From: Dehalococcoidia bacterium
Lineage (GTDB): Bacteria > Chloroflexota > Dehalococcoidia > Lucifugimonadales > UBA3495
NCBI GenBank assembly: GCA_965219925.1
Contig: OZ244795.1
Span: forward strand, 4,165,049-4,229,048
Reading direction: 5' to 3'
DNA length: 64,000 bases
Shown in pieces: positions 9,216 to 19,400 of this stretch (positions are counted from its first letter, which is position 1; the number at the start of each line of letters is the position of its first letter). Position numbers and translations under genes: made by a program. The notes under the pieces are model-generated. The model saw only the letters and a program-made list of their open reading frames with translations, was not told the DNA's origin and did no database searches.

Positions 9216-9596
9216 CAACCAATCTCATCGTGCGCGTGTATCCAGACTGGCAGATTCGGGCTGCGGCCAGGAGTTCATGCGCCCGCGAGACGGGCAAGGG
9301 GCTGCATATTACTTTTCCGCTCAAGCGAGGGTACAAGCAGCAGACATACTGCAGATTCGCCAGCCTTCGTAGATTCGGCGTCAAGCGTGGGAATACAGAT
9401 TGCCGATATGTGCGCCTATGTAATACGGGTTTATCAGGAAAACAGATTATTTAGAGACAATCCACCGCACGGCGATGAATATTTGACCGCAATTCCTCGT
9501 TGGTATCGCATCGTGGAAGAGCGCACCAAGGGCTTGATTACACCCGAGGGTGAACCGCGCCCAGAGTTCTATTACTTGACGCAGGGGCAATACTAA
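9216..9596 (+). pseudogene. possible DUF3800-like C-terminal remnant
   Basis: FVDSASSVGIQIADMCAYVIR resembles the conserved C-terminal DUF3800 motif. No matching N-terminal part is visible and the frame opens only at 9216. Confidence 0.3.
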
Positions 9597-9669
9597 CTTC
9601 CACAAGCGCACGAACGTGACGGGTGTGGATTTTCTACACACCGGGCAGTGTCCTTGTTGAGCTAACACT

Positions 9670-10638
9670 ATGTGGGCAATCCTTGCATTGGGCAGTTCGG
9701 TTGCCTTTTGCTTTGTAAGTTTGTGCGATAAACGGCTGCTGTCGTTCCATCTGTACGGAGTGCCGCCGTTGTGCCTGTGGTGCGGCGTGTCGGGAACGTC
9801 GTACGGTGTGGTCATGCTGCTGGCGGTGGGGATTCCGTCCGGTATTCCCTGGACGGTGGCCATTACCCCGATTCTGGCGGGACTGTTGATGGGGTGCTCG
9901 GTGGTGCTGCTTTTCCGCGCGCTGAGGCTGATGGAGGCGTCGCGGGCCATTGCACTCTCGCAAACCAATCCGATTTTCGTTGCCGTGCTGGCCCTGCTGT
10001 TTCTGGGAGAACGGATATCTCCGGTGCAGTGGGCGTCGATTGGCCTGGTGGTGGCGGGAGCGGCGCTAATCTCGTTGCGGCTGTTTCACGCTGCGCCCAA
10101 CGCAAGGCTAACGGCCAGGTCATCCGACCGGGAGACCGGAGGGGTGGCATCTGCGCCGCGGAATCTGATCCGTATCGGCAGCATTGGCCCGGTGTTGCTG
10201 TTGCTGAGCTCGATATGCGCCGCGTCCAGCTTTGTGTTGGCGAAAGCGGGGCTGAACGCCGAACTGCCGGTGTTGACGGTATTTGCGTTGCAGCAGGCGA
10301 CGGTGGGGCTGGTTTTCGTGGCGGCGGGTTTAACCGGCGGCCGACGCCTGGTGTCGGCCGTGCGCCAACCCCAGGTATTGGCGATGCTGATATTCGGTGA
10401 ATCAATCATGCCGGCGGTGTCCATCCTGCTGTTGGTGTATGCCTACAGCCTGGGCGATGCTTCGGTGGTGGCGGCGGTACTGGCGACGCGGCCGCTCTTC
10501 GTGTTCGTGGCTTCCACGGCGCTGTCGAGGGTGCGGTGGCAGCTGCTGGACGAAACGTTGACACCCCAGGCGCTGGCGGTGAAGGGCGCATCAGTATTGA
10601 TGATTGTCGGCGGGGTTAGCGCGCTCAGTCTGGCGTGA
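9670..10638 (+). CDS. EamA/DMT-family transporter
   Basis: Ten-TM-like profile and a duplicated EamA signature, for example LLFLGERISPVQWASIGLVVAGAALI. Confidence 0.85.
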   Translation: MWAILALGSSVAFCFVSLCDKRLLSFHLYGVPPLCLWCGVSGTSYGVVMLLAVGIPSGIPWTVAITPILAGLLMGCSVVLLFRALRLMEASRAIALSQTNPIFVAVLALLFLGERISPVQWASIGLVVAGAALISLRLFHAAPNARLTARSSDRETGGVASAPRNLIRIGSIGPVLLLLSSICAASSFVLAKAGLNAELPVLTVFALQQATVGLVFVAAGLTGGRRLVSAVRQPQVLAMLIFGESIMPAVSILLLVYAYSLGDASVVAAVLATRPLFVFVASTALSRVRWQLLDETLTPQALAVKGASVLMIVGGVSALSLA

Positions 10639-10816
10639 TGCGTAGCCGATGCAGCAGGTGGGGGAGGATGCCGTAATGTAATGTTCGTTATTGCATCACG
10701 ACACGTAATATGCAGGCGCAACGATGACTTACGTTAAAAAATCGTGTGCGCTCTGCAATCGGGAAGGAATCCGTCGTGGTTCAAACGGATAACGGTATCG
10801 TCAACTGCATAATTGG

Positions 10817-10845
10817 TTGACAACCGACGCACCAGGGCATATCAT
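10817..10845 (+). promoter_or_regulatory. putative sigma-70-type promoter upstream of the Lrp/AsnC gene
   Basis: TTGACA (10817-10822), a 17-nt spacer, then TATCAT (10840-10845), about 70 nt upstream of the ATG at 10917. Confidence 0.35.
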
Positions 10846-10916
10846 CCACTAGCCTATTTTGATTCCGATGCGGCCCCACGCCGGCGCCGGATCTCGGACG
10901 GAGCCAACAAAGAAAT

Positions 10917-11351
10917 ATGGATGAACTTGACCTGAAGATAATCGGTATCCTTCAATCTGACGGGCGCGCGTCCAACGCGAAGATAGCCCGGGCCGTTGGA
11001 GTAAGCGAGGGAACCGTGCGCCGTCGGTTGCGGCGTCTGATCAAGGATGATGTCGTTCAGGTGGTGGCGGTGCCCAACCTGGAGAAAATGGGATACGGCA
11101 CGACGGCGTTGATTGGGCTGGAGACCGGCCCCGGGAAATCGGATGTCGTAGCCGAAGCGATTGCCTCGCTGGACGAAGCCCACTACGTGGTGGTGGCCAC
11201 CGGCCCTTACGACGTGTTCGTCTGGACAGCCCTGGAATCGGCGGAGAGCCTGGGCGAGTTCCTGCGTACCCGCATTGGCGTGATTGACGGTGTGCAGAAA
11301 ACCCAGACCTTCGTTACGCTCTCGACCAAGAAACGGTTTACCCGCGTGTAG
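10917..11351 (+). CDS. Lrp/AsnC-family transcriptional regulator
   Basis: LDLKIIGILQSDGRASNAKIARAVGVSEGTVRRRLRRL is an HTH, followed by an RAM/ACT-like C-terminal domain. Confidence 0.9.
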   Translation: MDELDLKIIGILQSDGRASNAKIARAVGVSEGTVRRRLRRLIKDDVVQVVAVPNLEKMGYGTTALIGLETGPGKSDVVAEAIASLDEAHYVVVATGPYDVFVWTALESAESLGEFLRTRIGVIDGVQKTQTFVTLSTKKRFTRV

Positions 11352-11498
11352 TTGCCATCATTTGACGATGGCCCGGTGACGGGGTTCTGCGGTTGCATTC
11401 AATACCCGCCATGCTATAATTTGCCTATCCGAGAAAGGCGATCCGTTGGTGCGGTTTGCCTGCCTTGAACACAACACATTTGCAGAGGAAATGCCGCT

Positions 11499-11741
11499 AT
11501 GACCTACATCATTACCGAGCCATGCGTGGGTGTCAAAGATGCCGCCTGCGTTGACGTTTGCCCGGTAGACTGCATCTACACCACCGACGATGACGATATG
11601 TTCTACATCAGCCCCGATGAGTGCATCGACTGCGCCGCCTGCGAACCCGTGTGCCCGGTAACGGCCATCTTCGCCGAGGAAGCAGTTCCTGCGATGTATA
11701 ACGAATATATCCAGAAAAACTACGATTATTTCACCAAGTAG
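11499..11741 (+). CDS. ferredoxin (Fe-S cluster protein)
   Basis: 80 aa with CVDVCPVDCI and CIDCAACEPVCP cysteine motifs. Confidence 0.85.
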   Translation: MTYIITEPCVGVKDAACVDVCPVDCIYTTDDDDMFYISPDECIDCAACEPVCPVTAIFAEEAVPAMYNEYIQKNYDYFTK

Positions 11742-11924
11742 GCTGCGCTGGCCGGGCCGATTGCCTCTGCCGATACCGAGGCAGGCCCTCCCTATGGCTG
11801 TTGCCAACCGCTGCGGGCAATGGGCCGACCGGCTCCGTTCGCAGTATCTATCGAACCCCTACGCCCGGCCCTCGGCAGCCGGGCGCAGGTTTAATTTTTG
11901 CGCTACCTGTCTGGCCGATAACCG

Positions 11925-12746
11925 ATGAGTGAACCCACCCACCAGCCAATCAGCCCCGAAGTGAATATTGTCGTTTGCACCGACGAATACGGTTGCGGAC
12001 GCTGGTATCACAAGGGGCGGGATGCCGACGCGGTTTTGCGGGGATTGCGGGACGCAGCCTCCGGTCATTCCGGAAGCGTGGCGGTTACCACCGCCGGTTG
12101 CATCCTCGGGTGTACCTACGGGCCCAGGTTCGACGTGGCCCGGCGCTGGTCTGGCGAAAAGGCTTTGTATGGGTCGATAGCCGGCGACGCCACCATCACG
12201 CGGCGGGGGCGCGTTGGATTTGTGCCCATCCCCGATGATTTGAGAACGGTGATCGCCGACAATCTGCCCGATACGGCTCAGGCATTAACCGACCTCAAGG
12301 GCGAAGCCGGTCCCGCCGACGTCGACCAGCTGAGGAACGTGCTGCAGGATTGCAGCCGGGGAATGGATGGTTGCGGCGTGGGCCTGAACGAAGCGATCGT
12401 GATGGTGCATAACGAGGCGGCCATCGCGTCCATTCCGGCCACGCTGAACGGCCTGGAATTTGTGGATGGGAGCGGCCAGCCGTGCGAGCGGGGCGACATC
12501 GCGGTGCTGGTTACCGAGGGCGACGGCCGGATTGCGCTCCAATTGAGCCGGGTTCGCCAGCTGGAGTTTATCCATCGTGACCTGGGCAACGGGATGCCCA
12601 GTTATACCGTCTGGCTGCGGGACGCCAGGCTTGAAACGGTGTACCGCATATACCTGCGGCGGTCGGACGATGCCGCCAACAATCCTTTGCGGCACCGGCT
12701 TTTCATGGACCTGATCGCCAAATACGGCGCGAAAATATCGTTTTAA
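11925..12746 (+). CDS. hypothetical two-domain protein (N-terminal thioredoxin-like 2Fe-2S ferredoxin-like region)
   Basis: N-terminus reads VVCTDEYGCGRWYHKG...TAGCILGCTYGPRF. The C-terminal half is unassigned; a ChuX/HutX-like impression is weak. Confidence 0.45.
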   Translation: MSEPTHQPISPEVNIVVCTDEYGCGRWYHKGRDADAVLRGLRDAASGHSGSVAVTTAGCILGCTYGPRFDVARRWSGEKALYGSIAGDATITRRGRVGFVPIPDDLRTVIADNLPDTAQALTDLKGEAGPADVDQLRNVLQDCSRGMDGCGVGLNEAIVMVHNEAAIASIPATLNGLEFVDGSGQPCERGDIAVLVTEGDGRIALQLSRVRQLEFIHRDLGNGMPSYTVWLRDARLETVYRIYLRRSDDAANNPLRHRLFMDLIAKYGAKISF

Positions 12747-12868
12747 GTGTGCGTCGGTCGGGGGCCACAACGAATTGGAACACCCTGGGGTGTAGCGGGC
12801 CGGCCCCGATGCCGCTAAAATTGTTATTCCGAGAACAAACATGGACATTCGAGGAGGAGGAATCTGCG

Positions 12869-15151
12869 ATGAGCAACATTGATTCCACACCGGAATTCGT
12901 GCGGGAAACGTACCGCAAGATGGACGAGAAACTGGCGCAGGTTCGGTCGCGGCTGAACCGCCCCCTGACCCTGTCCGAGAAGGTTTTGCTGTCTCACCTG
13001 GACGACGTGGACGAAGCTGAACTGCGCCCGGGCGAAAGCTACATCAACCTGCGGCCCGACCGGGTGGCGCACCAGGACGTTACCGGTCAGATGGCTATTC
13101 TCCAGTTCATGCAGTCAGGACGCAACCGGGTGGCGGTGCCCACAACGGTGCACTGCGACCACCTGATTCAGGCCCGGGTGGGCGCTTCGTCCGACCTGCA
13201 GGATGCGCTGAACGAAAGCAACGAGGTGTACCAGTTCCTGGAATCGTCATGCCGCCGCTACGGCATGGGATTCTGGCGTCCTGGCTCGGGCATCGTCCAC
13301 CAGGTGGTGCTGGAAAAGTATGCTTTCCCCGGTTGCCTTATCATCGGCACCGACTCCCATACGGTCAACGGTGGCGGTTTGGGTTCGCTGGCGATCGGCG
13401 TGGGTGGCGCAGACGCCGCCGACGTAATGGCCGGGCTGCCCTGGGAGGTGCGGTATCCGCAGATTATCGGCGTGAAACTAACCGGCTCCATGAGCGGCTG
13501 GACGGCCCCGAAAGACGTCATCATCAAGCTGGCCTACGAGCTGACGGTGTCTGGCGGCACCAACGCCATCATCGAGTACTTTGGACCAGGCGTGCAGTCC
13601 ATATCGGCCACCGGCAAGGGAACCATCTGCAACATGGGTGCGGAACTTGGCGCCACCGGCGACATCTTCCCGTACGACGATCGCATGGGCACCTATCTGA
13701 AAGCCACCGGACGTGCTGAACTGGCGACCATCGCCGAGGAGCACAAGCACCTGCTCACCTCCGACCCCGAAGTGGAGGCCAACCCGGAGTTGTTCTACGA
13801 CCGGGTGGTTGAGATTGACCTGTCGACCCTGGAGCCGCACGTTACGGGTCCGCATTCCCCGGACCGCGCGCGACCCATTTCGGAACTGGCGGCCGAGGTT
13901 GAACGGGAAGGGTTCCCGGACACCGTGGCGGTGGCATTGGTGGGCAGCTGCACCAACTCCTCCTACGAGGACATGGAAAGGTGCGCCGACGTGGCCCGGC
14001 AGGCCGCGGCCCACGGAATATCATCCGCGTCGGGATTGCTGGTTACACCGGGATCGGAACAGGTGCGGGCAACCATCGAACGGGACGGTCAGCAGGCCGC
14101 CCTGGAAGCGGTTGGAGCCACGGTGCTGGCCAACGCCTGCGGCCCGTGCATCGGCCAATGGAACCGGCCCGAGGCGCGAGGCACGAACAACAGCATCGTT
14201 ACGTCATACAACCGCAACTTCCCAAGTCGCAATGACGGCAACGCCGGCACTATGAACTTCATCGCCAGCCCTGAGCTGGCAGTCGCCATGGGACTGGGAG
14301 GCCGTCTGTCGTTCAACCCCCTGACCGACCCTCTGGTTGACGCGGATGGCAACGAGTTCATGCTGCAGCCGCCTTCCGCAGCTCCGGAAGTGCCGCCCAC
14401 GGGGTTTGATCCGGGCGCCGATTTGTACCTGGAACCGCCGGAAGACGGCAGCGACGTGGAGGTGCGCGTCGATCCCACCAGCAACCGCCTGCAGGTGCTG
14501 GATCCGTGGGAACCGTGGGATGGCAAGGACTTTGAAGACGTTCCCATTCTGGTAAAGACCCAGGGAAAGACAACCACTGACCACATTTCCCCGGCCGGAC
14601 CGTGGCTTCGGTTCAGGGGGCACCTGAACAACCTGAGCGACAACATGTTCCTGGGGGCTTCCAACGCCTTCACCGACGATAACGGCACCGGCAAAAATCA
14701 GCTTTCCGGCGAGGAAATCGCTCCCATACCGGAGATCGCCCGCGCCTACCAGGCCCAGGGCGTCCGGTGGGTTGCCATTGGTGACGAGAACTACGGCGAG
14801 GGTTCCAGCCGTGAGCACGCCGCCATGTCGCCGCGTATGCTGGGAGCGGCGGCCATCATTACCAGGAGCTTCGCCCGTATCCACGAGTCAAACCTGAAGA
14901 AGCAGGGGCTGCTTCCCCTCACCTTCGAGGATTCGGGGGACTGGGAACGCGTACAGGATGACGACCGGATGAGCCTGGTTGGATTGGACCAACTGGCGCC
15001 CGGCCGCTCGGTACAGGCGGTTTTGAAACACGCCGACGGCAGCGAAGAAACCATCAACCTGCGCCACACGCTGAACAACCCGCAGATCGAGTGGTTCAAG
15101 GCGGGCAGCGCCATGAACTACATGAAAAAGATAGAGGAAGCCGGCGGATAA
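12869..15151 (+). CDS. aconitate hydratase (about 760 aa, mitochondrial-type)
   Basis: RPDRVAHQDVTGQMA, GTDSHT, GSCTNSSYEDM, NACGPCIGQW, SYNRNFPSRNDG and GEGSSREHAA. A GAGGAGGAGG RBS precedes the ATG at 12869. Confidence 0.93.
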   Translation: MSNIDSTPEFVRETYRKMDEKLAQVRSRLNRPLTLSEKVLLSHLDDVDEAELRPGESYINLRPDRVAHQDVTGQMAILQFMQSGRNRVAVPTTVHCDHLIQARVGASSDLQDALNESNEVYQFLESSCRRYGMGFWRPGSGIVHQVVLEKYAFPGCLIIGTDSHTVNGGGLGSLAIGVGGADAADVMAGLPWEVRYPQIIGVKLTGSMSGWTAPKDVIIKLAYELTVSGGTNAIIEYFGPGVQSISATGKGTICNMGAELGATGDIFPYDDRMGTYLKATGRAELATIAEEHKHLLTSDPEVEANPELFYDRVVEIDLSTLEPHVTGPHSPDRARPISELAAEVEREGFPDTVAVALVGSCTNSSYEDMERCADVARQAAAHGISSASGLLVTPGSEQVRATIERDGQQAALEAVGATVLANACGPCIGQWNRPEARGTNNSIVTSYNRNFPSRNDGNAGTMNFIASPELAVAMGLGGRLSFNPLTDPLVDADGNEFMLQPPSAAPEVPPTGFDPGADLYLEPPEDGSDVEVRVDPTSNRLQVLDPWEPWDGKDFEDVPILVKTQGKTTTDHISPAGPWLRFRGHLNNLSDNMFLGASNAFTDDNGTGKNQLSGEEIAPIPEIARAYQAQGVRWVAIGDENYGEGSSREHAAMSPRMLGAAAIITRSFARIHESNLKKQGLLPLTFEDSGDWERVQDDDRMSLVGLDQLAPGRSVQAVLKHADGSEETINLRHTLNNPQIEWFKAGSAMNYMKKIEEAGG

Positions 15152-15177
15152 TCCCTACTTCAGAACTCCAGAGGAAG

Positions 15178-15215
15178 GGCCCCCTCACACAGGTGAGGGG
15201 GCCCTGGTTTTTTCG
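15178..15215 (+). terminator. Rho-independent terminator after the aconitase gene (possibly bidirectional)
   Basis: Stem gggccccctcac / gtgagggggccc with loop acag, followed by tggttttttc. It lies between convergent genes. Confidence 0.75.
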
Positions 15216-15290
15216 GTGCGGTTCGACCGAGTTGCCTCGGTCGTCCATGCTGCCCTGCCGGCCATCACCCCGGGGTGGGCGAGACGGTGA

Positions 15291-17000
15291 CTACACGGTT
15301 AGGGCGCGCTTTCTCACCACCTCAATGCGGGCAGTCAGCACCGGGATTAACCGTTCCAGCTGTTCGCGCCGCACCTCACCCATGAGACAAATTTGCAGCC
15401 AGTTTCGTTCGCGCAGGTATCCGCTGGCGTAGGACGTGAAAAACCCGAACGCTTCCAGCGAACGCCCCAACTCGTCAGCGTCGATCTCATCCGGAGGCAG
15501 GGCGATGGTGGTAACTGCGCCGATGCTCTCGGACTCCGAGGCCACCAATTGCAAACCCATGTTGCGGAGTTGCTGCCGAACCCAGCGTCCGTCTGCATCG
15601 ATCCGCGCCAGCAGCTCGTCGGATTGACGATCCAACCCGGCGGACAGGGCAGCGAGCATATTCGACGACAGTGTGAAGGGGACTGAACCGGCTTCACCCG
15701 TAGCGCAGTAAAGCCCCAGATCCAGGTACCGTGGCAGCGTTTTGTCCGGCGTGGGCATCTCGGAGCAGAACACCAGGGCCAGACCGGGATATGCGGCCAA
15801 ACCCTTGCCGCTGGCGGCGGTGGCCAGCCAAACATCGCGAAGGTCGACCGGGATGGCGCCCAGGCTGCTGATGCAGTCCAGCGCCAGGCGGGTGTCGTAG
15901 CGGCGGCAAATGGCTTTGAGGCGGGGTAAATCCGCCAGGGCGCCGGTGGAGGTTTCGCAGTGAACCGTCCACAACCAGCCGCCGGGCTGAGCGGCCACCG
16001 CCGCTTCAATCCTGTCATAGTCCAGCGGGTCGCCCCAACCGTGGAGTGCCCTGGAGTAGGTCATACCCATCCGGTCGGCGTGGTCGAACAGGCGTTGGCC
16101 GAACTCGCCGGCAGCAACGATAACGCCGGGAAGGTTGAGGCGCTTGAGTTGTGAGGCTGCCAGGTCGTTGGCCAGGGTCCCCGACCCGACGGTTACGGAG
16201 GCGTGGTTGGCGCCGGTAAGCTGGGTGAGATGGTTCCGCACGCTGCGCAGCATCCGTGCGAACTCGGGGGCGCGGTGAGAAACCGGAGGTTGCTGGAACG
16301 CCCGCACCACGGACTGCGGCATGTCGACCGGCCCGGGGGTCAGGATAACTGGTTCATACGGAGGGCGATCCACCGCCTGGTGGAAAAGCCCGGGGAACTC
16401 GGCGCCAACGTTGCCAACGGGGCGATACATCGGCTGGTAGAGGGCGTCGTCGTCGCCGACCACCGGGCCGAACGGAATGAAACCGATGTGCCGATACAGC
16501 TGCTGTTGCGACACTCGCCCAGACATCACGACGTAATCGTAGCCACCGTTGTGGCAGTAGTGGGCCATCATGGTGAGCAGGCCCGGCAGGACGCGGGTGC
16601 GTCGCATACCGGGACGAACGGCGAGGAGGCGCACCTCGCAAAGGGAGGCTCCTTCGGCCTGGGGCAGATGCGATTCCAGGCGTCCCAGTTTCTCATCCAA
16701 GGAGAAGGGTCGGCGGTCGCGGACGCAAACCATACCCACCAGTTCATCGCCGCGGCGGCAGATGAAGTAGGTATTATCGCGGTGGAACCGGTCGACGAGT
16801 ATCCCGTCGGAATTACCGGGATGTTGGGGCACCTCTTCAACGAAGGAGGTGTAATTGAGCTGAGCGATCTCGGCAAACTCCCAATCTTGGTCCGCTCGTT
16901 TGAAGACCAGAGAGTTTGTGTCGTCTCCGCGCTGGCTGGCGGACTCCGGGGAATCCCACCGGGGCGCGGCGGTCGCAAATTCTCGTTTCGTTTCCGTCAT
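15291..17000 (-). CDS. GNAT acetyltransferase fused to a class-V (PhnW/serine-pyruvate-like) aminotransferase
   Basis: The N-terminal ~190 aa carry GNAT features (LLAVRPGMRRTRVLPGL, YRHIGF). The remainder reads TPGPVDMPQSV...GSGTLANDL and continues with class-V PLP-fold features. Confidence 0.75.
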   Translation of the reverse strand: MTETKREFATAAPRWDSPESASQRGDDTNSLVFKRADQDWEFAEIAQLNYTSFVEEVPQHPGNSDGILVDRFHRDNTYFICRRGDELVGMVCVRDRRPFSLDEKLGRLESHLPQAEGASLCEVRLLAVRPGMRRTRVLPGLLTMMAHYCHNGGYDYVVMSGRVSQQQLYRHIGFIPFGPVVGDDDALYQPMYRPVGNVGAEFPGLFHQAVDRPPYEPVILTPGPVDMPQSVVRAFQQPPVSHRAPEFARMLRSVRNHLTQLTGANHASVTVGSGTLANDLAASQLKRLNLPGVIVAAGEFGQRLFDHADRMGMTYSRALHGWGDPLDYDRIEAAVAAQPGGWLWTVHCETSTGALADLPRLKAICRRYDTRLALDCISSLGAIPVDLRDVWLATAASGKGLAAYPGLALVFCSEMPTPDKTLPRYLDLGLYCATGEAGSVPFTLSSNMLAALSAGLDRQSDELLARIDADGRWVRQQLRNMGLQLVASESESIGAVTTIALPPDEIDADELGRSLEAFGFFTSYASGYLRERNWLQICLMGEVRREQLERLIPVLTARIEVVRKRALTV

Positions 17001-17227
17001 AAGCGTTTCGGGGTTAACCGTTCCTGGCGCGGGTGGGTAGAGTGTGGCTGTTATGAGCCGGATGTGGCGAGCAGCATTTATATTAAACCAAACCTCATTA
17101 TGATGGTTCGTATCTTACAGCCGTTTTTACCATAATCTTACTATTACACACCATAGTAACGTTGCGCTATAATGCCGACAATATCGGCCTATGCACTATC
17201 GGGCCACGAAATCTTACGACAGGAGGT

Positions 17228-17719
17228 ATGGTTATGGGATACACACCCAAGCAACTGGGCCATCTGGTAATTAAAGTACGTGACATTGAGCGGAGTGTAG
17301 ATTTCTACACCAACGTCCTGGGCTTGTCCGTGATGACGGCGCGCCCCGGCGGGATGACCTTCCTCTCCGCCAATACCACCATGTCCCATGAATTGGCCCT
17401 GGTTCCGCTGGGGATGGATGCCCCGGGGCCTGACGAACGGCGTGTCGGAATGGCGCACATGGCCTGGCAGATGAACTCTTTCCGCGACCTGAAGGAATTG
17501 TACCAGCGGTGCAAGGATCACGGTGTGCGGTTCAAGAGGCTGGGCGATCACGGTATCTCCATGGGCGTTTACATCTTTGACCCGGACGACAACGAAATCG
17601 AAATTTATTACGAAGCGCCGGAATCGGAGTGGGGCAACCGGGAGGGCTTCCTCTTTGAGGGCAACTTCCAGTGGCAGCTCGATCCCATCGAGGAACCGGT
17701 AGCCGCCGGCGACGATTAG
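17228..17719 (+). CDS. VOC-family protein (glyoxalase / extradiol dioxygenase fold)
   Basis: LGHLVIKVRDIERSVDFYTNVLGLSV and HMAWQM...GISMGVYIFDPDDNEIEIY. An AGGAGG RBS precedes the ATG at 17228. Confidence 0.8.
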   Translation: MVMGYTPKQLGHLVIKVRDIERSVDFYTNVLGLSVMTARPGGMTFLSANTTMSHELALVPLGMDAPGPDERRVGMAHMAWQMNSFRDLKELYQRCKDHGVRFKRLGDHGISMGVYIFDPDDNEIEIYYEAPESEWGNREGFLFEGNFQWQLDPIEEPVAAGDD

Positions 17720-17813
17720 TCGCATTGCCAGGTAATTTAGAGGCCGGAGCGTCACCCGCTGGCGCTCCGGTCCTGTATTTGCCAGTCTGACGGCCCAAAC
17801 CGGCGAACGCAAC

Positions 17814-19394
17814 GTGACGAATTCTGCTGCACCAGTGGAACCCAGCTACGACTACGTAATCGTCGGCAGCGGCATTGCCGGCCTGAACACGGCGCTCCTG
17901 GCGGCGCGCCACGGCAGCGTGTTGGTGGTCACCAAGGGCTTGATTGACGACTGCAACAGCCGTTATGCCCAGGGAGGCATCGCGGCGGCGGTTGGGCCCG
18001 GCGACTCTCCCAACCTGCACCAACGGGATACGCTGGATGCCGGAGCCGGCCTGTGCGATCCGGCAGCGGTCGGCGTCCTTACCGGCCAGGGGCCCGAGAG
18101 CATTGCCAGCCTGATCCAGTGGGGCGTGCCGTTCGATACCATTCACGGTCAGATCGCCCTGGGCCGGGAGGGCGCCCACAGCGTCCCGCGGATCCTGCAT
18201 GCCGGCGGCGATGCCACGGGCCGGCACATCGAGGACACGCTGGCCGACCGGGTGCGTGCGACCGCCGGTATAACCCTGCTGGAGTACACCCACGCCATTC
18301 GCATCTGCGTCGATGGCGGGGCGGTTCGCGGCGTGGAGACCCTGCATAGCATGGACGGAAAGGTGCAGGTATTCCGGAGCTCGGTGGTGGTGGTCAGCAC
18401 CGGCGGCGGCGGGCAACTCTACCGGTACACGACCAACCCGGAGGTGGCGACCGGCGACGGCGTGGCCCTGGCCTACCTGGCCGGCGCGGAAGTGATGGAC
18501 ATGGAGTTTTACCAGTTCCATCCCACCGCGTTGTGGCTTGAGGGCGCGCCCACGTTCCTGCTGTCGGAGGCGATGCGAGGAGAGGGTGCGATTTTGCGCA
18601 ACGCTGACGGCGTTCCCTTTATGACCGATTATCACCCGCTGGCAGACCTGGCGCCCCGGGATGTGGTTTCCCGCGCCATCGCCGACGAAATGGAACGGTT
18701 TGACGGCCAGCCGGTGTCGCTGGATATTTCTCACCTGCCGGCGGCGACGGTCCAGGGACGGTTCCCCACGATTTACGCCGAGTGTTTGCAGTACGGGCTG
18801 GATATTACCGGCGAGCCGATACCCGTGGCTCCCGCGGCCCACTACATGATGGGCGGCGTGCGCATCGACACCTGGGGGCGCACCAACGTGCCTGGCCTCT
18901 ACGCCTGTGGTGAGGTGGCGTGTTCGGCGGTACACGGAGCCAACCGGCTGGCCAGCAACTCGCTGCTGGACACGCTGGTGTTTTCCCAACGGCTGGTTGA
19001 CTCGACGCTGGGCGATGCGCCCGACTACGTGCCGCACCGAGAACCTGGCGATTTCGTGCCCCGGACCCTGGAGGACAGGGCGATGGTTTGCGCCACCGTG
19101 CCGGGACGCAGCCGGGAGAATCTGCAAACCCTGATGTGGCGCAACGTGGGCATTACTCGCAACGGTACCCGCCTGCTGCTGTCGGCGCGCATTTTGAACC
19201 TGTGGCAGCGTACGATGGGTTCCCCCGAGGCGGCCGCCGATTATGAGCTGCGGAACATGCTGGTGGTGGCCCGCCTGATAGTTGAGGCGGCATTGCAGCG
19301 GCGGGAGAGCCGTGGGGCGCATTACCGGGCCGACTTCCCGGAACCGTTGGCCGAGTGGCAGCGGCACATCGTGTTGAGCCTTGCCGGCCGGTGA
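17814..19394 (+). CDS. nadB: L-aspartate oxidase
   Basis: YDYVIVGSGIAGL, YAQGGIAA, RILHAGGDATG, MEFYQFHPT, HYMMGGV, SNSLLD and ESRGAHYRADFP. Confidence 0.92.
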   Translation: MTNSAAPVEPSYDYVIVGSGIAGLNTALLAARHGSVLVVTKGLIDDCNSRYAQGGIAAAVGPGDSPNLHQRDTLDAGAGLCDPAAVGVLTGQGPESIASLIQWGVPFDTIHGQIALGREGAHSVPRILHAGGDATGRHIEDTLADRVRATAGITLLEYTHAIRICVDGGAVRGVETLHSMDGKVQVFRSSVVVVSTGGGGQLYRYTTNPEVATGDGVALAYLAGAEVMDMEFYQFHPTALWLEGAPTFLLSEAMRGEGAILRNADGVPFMTDYHPLADLAPRDVVSRAIADEMERFDGQPVSLDISHLPAATVQGRFPTIYAECLQYGLDITGEPIPVAPAAHYMMGGVRIDTWGRTNVPGLYACGEVACSAVHGANRLASNSLLDTLVFSQRLVDSTLGDAPDYVPHREPGDFVPRTLEDRAMVCATVPGRSRENLQTLMWRNVGITRNGTRLLLSARILNLWQRTMGSPEAAADYELRNMLVVARLIVEAALQRRESRGAHYRADFPEPLAEWQRHIVLSLAGR

Positions 19395-19400
19395 AGCATC

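Noticed and set aside
12749-12868. 40-codon N-terminal extension of the aconitase ORF
   Set aside because: A strong GAGGAGGAGG RBS sits immediately before the ATG at 12869, and the conserved aconitase sequence starts after it.
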